Positions 55,111-64,000 of a stretch of DNA of 64,000 nucleotides are shown piece after piece. This DNA is from the human T2T-CHM13v2.0 reference genome, Homo sapiens. The position numbers were made by a program, and so were the translations under genes. Location of the stretch: NCBI RefSeq assembly GCF_009914755.1, contig NC_060939.1; one strand, given 5' to 3'. The notes below the pieces were generated by a model. The model saw only the letters and a program-made list of their open reading frames with translations, did no database searches and was not told the origin of the DNA. Position 1 is the stretch's first letter; every line of letters starts with the position of its first letter.

Positions 55111-58100
55111 TTACGTGGCTGGCACTGGATTCTGTACTGGGAATGTGATGAACAAAGGAGATAAGGACCCTGGCCTCGTTTACATTCTAATAGGGAAGAC
55201 AGCCAAAAGTGAATGAATAAGTGAATACGTAAACAGACACAATAGCGGCAAGTTGTAATGAGTGCTGTGAAGGGGAAACACCGAAGGCAGCAAGGACAGC
55301 ATATGCAAAGGTCCTGTGGCGGAAAGGGAGAGAAAGTTACTATGCCAAAATAACACCCCAGGGGCAGAGGGAGATGGAGAGTTGGAGAGGTGGCCACAGC
55401 TGGCCCCACAGGGCCTGGCTGGCTGCAGGAAAGTTTCAGAGTGCTTTTCTGAGTGTAATGGGAATCCACTTGCAGGGTTTAGGTAGGAACAATGTGATCC
55501 GATGGTGACTGGCTACTGTGCTAATGGGTCTGGGTGACTGATTTGGAGGCGACTGAAGATAACATGTCACCCTGGGCTACCAAGGAGGCAGAGAAGGTTG
55601 GAGAGATTTTCAAGGCAGAATTGAGAGGAGTTCCTGATGGATTGTGATGGAGAGGGAGGGAAGAGAATTTAGACAATGAGAAAAATCCCAGATAATGCCT
55701 AGAGCTTTTCACTTTCTCAAACACTCATCCCTTTTCCCTCTTATTTTGATTAAGCACTATCTGTCATTTTCTTTGAACATATAAATATCACTTGGTGATA
55801 GCGAAGTAAAAGCATCAGGCATGATCCTGCACTAGTTTGTGGGCATGGATTCAGTATGGACTTCTTACTTCAGGGAGTGTGTCCCCAGGTCACCTTGGTT
55901 CTGTGGACGCTGAGAGCAGGCCTCTTGTAATGCAAGTGCTGAGAAGACTTAGAGATAATTAGGGCAGCGTCTTCTCTGCGGAGAGGTTGAGCCACTCAGC
56001 TGGTGTCACCCAGCTGGTCAGTGGCAGGGAGCCAGGCTGCACGTCTTTGATTTTTAACCTACACTCTCACCAGTGAGATCAGCCCTGGGCAGCCTGTGAA
56101 TCTGATCGTGTTACCTTCCATTGATTCCCAGATACCCTGTGTTCCAGGCAGTGCCAAGAACCAGTGAGGAGCACTCCGGGCCCTGGTAGACAGAAACATC
56201 CTTCAGAGTTTATGGCAAACAGGAGAGATTTGAAAGTGGCCAGTATGTAGGGAAATGGTTCAGTCAGTTATGTTATATGAAAATGATGGAATATTTCCCA
56301 AATATTAGGTAGTGGTCAGAAGAATATTCTGTAACTTTGGAATGCATGTGGTAGAGAACCAAGTGAAAAAATAGGACTTCGTAGTATGGGTTGAGTGTGC
56401 AATGCACTTAAGGAGAAGGACTTGGGAGGATTATACTGTTTCATTTTTCCTAAATATGTCTATGATGCAGTTACATGAAAAAGGAAGCATGCTGTCAGAA
56501 CCCCCAGTTCCCAGTTTAGTTGTCATAATGCTTAAAGGCCAAGGGGTAAGAGCAAATGACTGGAGTTACCAAAATTCCCCTCCGAGGAAGGGCAGGTCGG
56601 CGTCCTTCTGCAAACATTCTTCTAGCCAACGGAACCTGCCATTGTGGAATGGCAAAGGTGGGGACCTGCCGTGCGTGCTGCTGGAAGAAGTTTATAATCA
56701 AATGTGTCCATGAGTCCAAGACAGGATGAGTCAATGGTGCTCACGGAGGACTCTTCCATCCCCAGTCATACCCCTTAAAGCAGCACAAAGCAAGCTCCTG
56801 TCATCGGGTCCCGAGTGACCACAGGATGTTATTTTGGCCTTTGGCCCTGTGTATTTCCTTCCCTGGCCTTGAGAGGGCTGTGGAGGGCAGATCAACAGGG
56901 CAAAGGAAGCTTCGCTCTTTGAAATATCCATGCTTGCCCCTTCTGGGACCTCCCTCCTGGGTGCACCTCTAATCATACGACCCCTCCTTGTCGAGGACCG
57001 TCTTTTCCGAGGCTCTGTGGCATATGGTGACGATGACATAGGAAAAGCAGCTTATCTTTGAAATTCAGCTTGTGAATTCCAATTCTGTGAAATTGTGGGA
57101 ATCCTCAGGCCTTTCCCGAACAAGCTCCCGTGCTCTTGGTCTGGTTGCCGCTGGCAGAGTTAGTGTCTTTTAGCTTCTCACTCAGGTGGTGCTTTGTTGC
57201 CTGGACAAGCTATACTCCTTCTTCCCTTTTTTCTCTGCTCTGGAGTGTTTTTGTGGGGTGAGGAGAGCTCTTAAATCCTTCTAGGTCTTGAGATGATGAC
57301 ACTAGGAGCCTGGTCATTGTGGGCAGGAAGTAGACTATAGATAGGGCCGACAGATCGTTGCCTTCGGCCTTTGTCACTTGTTTAACCCACTTGAGTGTTT
57401 ATTAAAAATGTGAGTTAGTTCCCGACATTCACTCTGGATCTAGGCTTCTCCTGGAGCAATAATAGCTGAAGCCAGAAGCGTCTGTGCAGCAGCTAGACGG
57501 GGCAGGTTGCTCCGATGGCCCCATTGCCCTCCCAGACTGCTTTCCTCGTTAGTACCCCCTGCTTGGCCCTAGCAGCCAGGTGACTTTGGGACCCTGGGTC
57601 GGTCTGTACACTGCAGAGTGCTGTCTTGGATCCTGGGGCTCTTATTGACACACAGCTGCTGGCAATTCCCCTTTGGCCCCCGTGCAGGTGACCGAAAGTG
57701 ACTGCAGCCCAGTTAGCAGGGGCTTTTCCAGTTCCATGTGAGAATTGTTTATCCTCCCAACTAGGTGTTCCAGCAGGGCCGTGGGAGCAGAAGCAGAATT
57801 CAGATGACAGATAGACGAATGGAGATAAAATAGAGATTGACTTCTGCATTCCTTGCTCAGCTTTCCACACCCTAATAAAAGTCTGAGCCAGAAAGTGGGT
57901 GGAAGCCCTGGCCCTTTGTTACCTGCCCTTTGTTTCAGTGCCATGCGGCTAATGAATGCCGACCTCCGGGAAGCTTTTTCCACTCCTGCTTGGCGCATGA
58001 GAATACAACCAGCTGGTCCCTCCACAGTGGGCTCAAATGTGACCCTGCGTAGTGCTCCTGGGAGGTGCATTTGAGCTGTCCTAGAAGGGCTTCCAGAGCT

Positions 58101-59122
58101 CGAGCTGTTGCCAAGTTTAGAAGTGGCCGCATGTGTGGTGCCAGCCACAGCATCCTATTCCTGCAGATAAGCCTACAGGCTCTGTAGGAGTGCCGGCATG
58201 CACACAGCACCACCTGGGTGGAAAGCAGCAGTCATTGGTTAGGAATTTGGGGATTTTCTAATCTAAGTGTTCTCCCAAGGAAGTGCAAGTCAGGAGAGGG
58301 CCGAATGTGCACGAGACTCTGCAGGAAGGCTGAAAAACTTTCAAAACAGTACAGGCAATTAATCAGGGATGCCTGCATGGGCCACTCTCTGGTGCCCTGT
58401 GTTTACAGACATGAGGGCTGGGTTTTCCTGCCCTGAGAAGAGAGGGCCGTCCAAGGAATAGGAGAGCCATGGCACAGGAAGTGGAAAGTCAGTCTGGGAT
58501 GTAAAGTTGGAAGTCAGGGTCCTTTGGGTCCTGTATCCTGACTAATGACCCCAAAGATATTCTGGGTGGCATGTGCCAGCCTCCTTGCCAAGTGTCTCAG
58601 AGCCTGCAGAGCACCATCCATCCTCAATTCCTTTAATAACCTGAGGAACCTGTCATCCATTTAGGAATCAATACTTTGGTTTTTTTTTTTTTACTATTAT
58701 TTCTGCTTACCTCACCTTTTGGGGGAATCATTCCCTCCATTTTTATCCCTGGTGTAAACTTCCCTGCCCTCTGGCAGATGTCATTGTTATCCTTGAGTAT
58801 TTATGCAGTTCTGATGTCCTTACTGAGTGCTGACCCTCTGCATGCAGGTATCTAGGTGTGGTTGGGGTGGGTGCATCAAAAAGGCTAGACTGTGTGCAGC
58901 TGCTTCTGCACACAGATAACTCTGACACACACCCAAATTGGCATAGAGACTGGCGCTGGGGGGAAGGATGTGACCAATAGGACCAGACTGTCTACCTGGG
59001 TTCAAATCCTGGCTCCACCATTTCCTGGCTGCATGATCCGGCACTAGGTTTCTCATCTGTTAGTGGGGATAAGGGTAGTACCCATGCGGAGGGCAGTTGT
59101 GAGGAGTAAAAGAGTAACTATA

Positions 59123-59390
59123 CTGTAATCCCAGCACTTTGGGAGGCTGAGACAGGCAAATCGCTTGAGGCCAGGAGTTTGAGACCAGCCTGGTCAACAT
59201 GGCGAAACCCCATCCCTACTAAAAATATAAAAATTAGCCAAGCGTGGTGGTATGTACCTGTAATCCTAGCTACTCCGGAGGCTGAGGCACAAGACACACT
59301 TCAACCCGGGAGGTGGAGTTTGCAATGAGTTGAGATCGTGCCACTGCACTTCAGCCTGGGCGACAGAGTGAGACTCTGTCCCCCCAAAAG
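59123..59390 (+). mobile_element. 5'-truncated Alu inserted in a MIR
   Basis: Starts at ctgtaatccc; TSD aagagtaact at 59110-59119 and 59391-59400. Confidence 0.93.
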
Positions 59391-59487
59391 AAGAGTAACT
59401 GTAGGTGAATTGCCAGCGTGGTTCTGGGCAGCTGTGAAGCCCTATGAAAGTGTGTTGGTGGTTGCCTTTAATATAGAAGGCAGATGA

Positions 59488-59777
<290 letters not shown>

Positions 59778-60814
59778 AGAAGGCAGACTGTGATGGATTC
59801 TATACGGAAGAGATAAATGCCCTGCTGTGGAAATGTAGAGGAGGAAAAATTAGTCCTGACAAGGGAGGTTTTTAGGAGAAAGGCAGATTGAAGCTGCCCC
59901 TGGGGAAGAAAGTTGTAACAGGCAGAGGAAGCAGCTGGAATGAGGTAGGGAGGCCTGATGGTATGGAGTCTGCATGCTCAGGGCTGCCTGCTGTGGCCAG
60001 AGATTCGGGTGTGTGTATTGTGGAGGGGATTGCAGGGGGCTGGGGAAGCAGAGATCAGTCTGCAGTGGTGGGTGAAGACAGCCAGTCGTGTTGCACGTGG
60101 GACAGGGGCCCTGGCTGGGCAGGCAGGGGGAGCCCAGCCCTGTCACTGGCCATTGATCCCAGGCCTTGACCAAATGGGGTCTCTAATCCCCAAGGGTCCC
60201 GGTGGGTTATTAGGAAGGGCAGATGAGCCCCTGCAGGGGAACGTTGTGCAGTATGGCAGGCGCACCCCACATGGGTGTGTGATCCTTTGTTTTTTTGCTG
60301 CAGGCTCCATAATGTCATCCGGTCTTTCTAGCCTCCTAAGAATGAGGTTCCTAGTTCTTACCTAATTTCTCTTCAATTTCTCATGCACTGCATCTTCCCG
60401 CTGTTTATTTAATGTACATGTTGTCTGACTTCATTTGGTTCTGTATTTCACAACCAGTCTGATTGCTCTTGTCCCAAGTCATTGCTTTTTGGGGTGAGGG
60501 CTGATGTGTTGTTGAAAGTCTTTGGCAATGCTTAATTTTATGGTATGTGCAATGCTAATTCTGCCTTTAGTAATTTGATGACAGAGACTTCTTGGGAACC
60601 ACAGCCAGGGAGCCACCCTTTACTCCACCAACAGGTGGCTTATATCCAATCTGAGAAAGAAAGAAAAAAAAAAAAGTATTTCTCTGGCTTTCACTTCATT
60701 TGACAGGTGAGCTGAAGCTATTGTGTGTATTCTCTTAGTAAAGTCAGTTCCCACAGTTCCCTGGGGGTGATGTGGCTTTGAGGTAAGAATGAGGTAACAG
60801 ACTTAAATGTACAT

Positions 60815-62065
60815 GATTTTATTGAGATAGAATTCACATACCACAAAATTCACCCTTTTAAATTGTAAAGTCCTGTGGTTTTTAGTATATTAACAAGGCA
60901 GTACAACCATCACCATTATCTAATTCTACAACATTTCATCATCCCCAGAAGAAACTCCATTAGCAATCCTCTCCCATCCCCTGTTCCCTTACCCTCTGGC
61001 AACTGCTTATCCACTTCCTGTCTGTGGATTTGCCTTTTCTGGACATTTAATATACATGGAATCAGTGCAATACGTGGTGTTTTGTGTCCAATTCTTTCAC
61101 TTAGCATAATGTTTTCAAGGTTTATTCACATTATTGGTAGTACTGCATTCCTTTTTATGGCTTAATAATAATTCATTGTATGGCTGTAACAGATTTTGTT
61201 TATTCATCGGTCAGTGAACATTTGGTTATTTCCACTTTTTGGCTAATATGAATAAGGCTCCTCCGATCACTCGTGTATAATTTTCTTTGTTTTTCTTTCT
61301 TTTTTCTTTTCTTTTTTTTTTTTTTTGAGACAGAGTCTCACTTTGTCATCCAGGCTGGAGTGCAGTGGTACAATCTCTGCTCACTGCAACCTCTGCTGCC
61401 TGGGTTCAAGCAATTCTCCTACCTCCGCCTCCCAAGTAGTAGGGATTAAGGCCTGCACCACCACGCCTGGCTTATTTTTGTGTTTTTAGTAGAGACGGGG
61501 TTTCACCATGTTGGCCAGGTTGGTCTTGAACTCCTGACCTCAAGTGATCTGCCTGCCTCGGCCTCCCTAAGTATTGGGATTATAGGCGTGAGCCACCGCA
61601 CCCGGCCTTGTGTATAATTTTCTGTGCGAACGTGCATTTTTGATTCTCTTTTGTATATACCGAGAATTGGAACTGCTGTGTCGTGTTGTAACTCTAGGTT
61701 TAACATTTTGAGGAACTGCTAAACTGTCTTCCAAAGCGACTGCACCATTTTATATTTCCACCAGTAATGTGGATTCTTCACAGCCTCGCCAACACTTATT
61801 ATTGTCTCTGATGGTAGGCATGCTAATGGGTATGAAGTGGTTTTGATTTGCATTTTTCTAATGACTAATGATGTTAAGCATCATTTCATGTGCTTATCGG
61901 CTATTTGTACATGATCTTTTTGATAAATGCCTGTTCTCATCACATCCTTTGCCGTTTTTAAATTATTAGTTTTTTAACTGTTGAGTTGTAAGAGGTCTTT
62001 GTATTTTCTGGATACTAGGCCAGATCTGTCATTTGCAAATGTTTTCTGTCATCCTGTGGGTTGCC
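60815..62065 (-). mobile_element. L1MB-type 3' portion interrupted by an Alu
   Basis: attgagatagaattcacataccacaaaattcaccc, ttccaaagcgactgcaccatttt, gatttgcatttttctaatgactaatgatg. Confidence 0.88.
61281..61607 (-). mobile_element. AluS
   Basis: Reverse-complement Alu; TSD gtgtataatttt at 61273-61284 and 61610-61621. Confidence 0.95.
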
Positions 62066-64000
62066 TTAAGTATACATTCAAACTAGTACCTTTCACTAGA
62101 ATATTATGCTCTTGGTCAGCCACAAAGGGTAGTGCTCTGAAACTCTACCAAAGAACAGTTGTATCTTTGCATCACCAGCACCTGGGTGAGCACCTGGCAT
62201 AAAGTAGGAACCGGTGATTTGAGTAAATAAATGAATGTTTCTGTTTGCCACCTTTTGAGAGTAAAAATGGGTGTGGTAAGATAGACAGAAATGGATAATG
62301 AATTGCTGAGCCAAACCACAGAGGCAAAGATGCAGGATTGCATGCTAAAGCACCTTGTATCTGGCTATGATGTTCAAGATCAATGAAAGACTGGAGTGCA
62401 GATCAGGGATTGCACCTGTGTTTCTGATGCAGTAAATATACTTTTCCGAAATCAATAGGGTGACTCTGCAGAGCCCTGTAAACATGGTGTAATTACTGTG
62501 CTGAGAATTACAGTTGTCACATATCGATTCTGTCTTCTCAGCAGGTATTCGTACATTTCCTCCTGCCCCTAGTGCCACTCTGCCCCATCTCCAAAATCTA
62601 ATTCCCATTGACCGCATCACACTGCTGTGTCCAGGAGGGAAGAGGGGATGTAATGTAGTGAGGGGACTTCAGCTGTACCTTCACCTTGGTTGAGGAAGAG
62701 GCAGCTGAGTGAGTCACAGATTTAGGGACAAGGTGGCACAAAGTTGCTCTGAAAATTAGATCAAAGAATCCCAAGAAGTAGATAGGCATCAACCTCAGTG
62801 GAAGCTGCCTCGGGAAATAACCTGCTCAAAGAAGGATTTCTCATTCTTCAGAGTAGACTAGGAGGGAGGCTTCCTTAATCCTGGAAACAAGGCCCAGGTC
62901 ATCCCTGCAGAGGAAACATCTATATATAAAGTGGCTAACGTAAGATAAACTGTCATCTTAGAAAGCATCATTCACTGACTCGCTCATTCGCTCACTCGTT
63001 TGTTCTAACCTTCACTGAATAGACACTTGTGTTCTTGGTGTGTTGCAGGAGGGAACTATGCTATGGCTGGGGCGATGAGTGAAGTACAGCCTCTGCCCTC
63101 GAGGAGCTTGTGTTCTCCCAGGAGACACAGGCAGTGAGGCTAGAGTGCAGAGATGAACCACCAGAGGTGGTGAATGCGGTGGGGGGAGGAATGGTGTCAG
63201 GCCTCTTGGGGAGGCTTAGGAGAGTTACCCACAGGAAGGGAGAGCCTGCCAGGAGGAGTAGGTGTTTGTCAGGCAGACCGGGTGTGCCAGGCAGAGGGGA
63301 GCCGCTCATGTTGGGGCCTGCACTCACAGAACTACAGGGCGTGGAAGGGAACTGCGCGAAGCCTGGTATGATGGAGGCAGTTGGCTGCCACCCAGGAGTG
63401 GGGAAAGTGAGGTTGGCAGTGGGAATTTCCCACCTCTGTTTACCTCTGCTTTGAGGGGGTGGGGCTGGCAGGAGATTCCAGAGGGAGCATCCCAGGCTCT
63501 GAGGGCTGGTCTCAGTGTGGGTGGGAACACTTCCCACACTGCTGTGACTCTGGGGTGATTGCCGTGCTCCTGTATCCGAACACCCGTCTCCATCCAACAG
63601 TGTCTTGTGTTGATTCGTCTTTGGAACTATATCTTCCTTCTGAGGTGGAGGATGGGAATGGATTGATTGGAACAGTGAATGGTTCTCAGACTTTTCATTC
63701 TCAGGACTCTTACAGATACTGAGGCACTCCACAGATCTTGTTTTTAAATAGGGGTATGTCTATGGATATTTACTGTATTAGAAATTAAAACTGAGGATAC
63801 ACAGGTGTGTGTTCTGTTAGCCATGGGCGATGTCTTCACAGAGCATGTAGAAACCCCCACTCATGAGGGAAAGATTGAGAAAGGCACATACAGTCTGTGA
63901 AGATAGTTTTGACCTCCTAGACCTCTCTGCTCAAGGGTGTTAGAGACAGACCCCTAGGGGTTTCTGAACCACGCACTGAGAATTCCATTGGATTAGAAGC

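Noticed and set aside
63061-63732. 223-aa minus-strand ORF and overlapping plus-strand ORFs
   Set aside because: S/P-rich, no domain, no codon bias, non-ATG start; expected in G-rich sequence

Overview
Primate (most likely human) intronic DNA. The only recognisable coding sequence is one 466-nt internal exon (25744-26209, + strand) of the organic anion transporter gene SLCO3A1 (OATP3A1), probably coding exon 2. It lies in a CpG-rich patch between two very long introns that extend past both window edges. The rest is repeat-rich: 18 Alu copies or fragments, antisense L1 fragments, MaLR/ERVL LTRs, hAT and Tigger DNA transposon relics, MIR/L2 and microsatellites. I saw no RNA gene, pseudogene, CRISPR array or multi-gene system, and the other listed ORFs appear to be repeat-derived or chance. 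The most system-like signal is a candidate recursive-splicing architecture. The coding exon itself begins with a donor motif (CAG|GTGAGC). A 76-nt cryptic poison exon at 60707-60782 begins the same way, sits back-to-back with a strong antisense acceptor/exon, and is flanked by an inverted Alu pair. This is an untested inference. Repeat subfamily names are from memory of consensus sequences, and boundaries are approximate unless a TSD is quoted.
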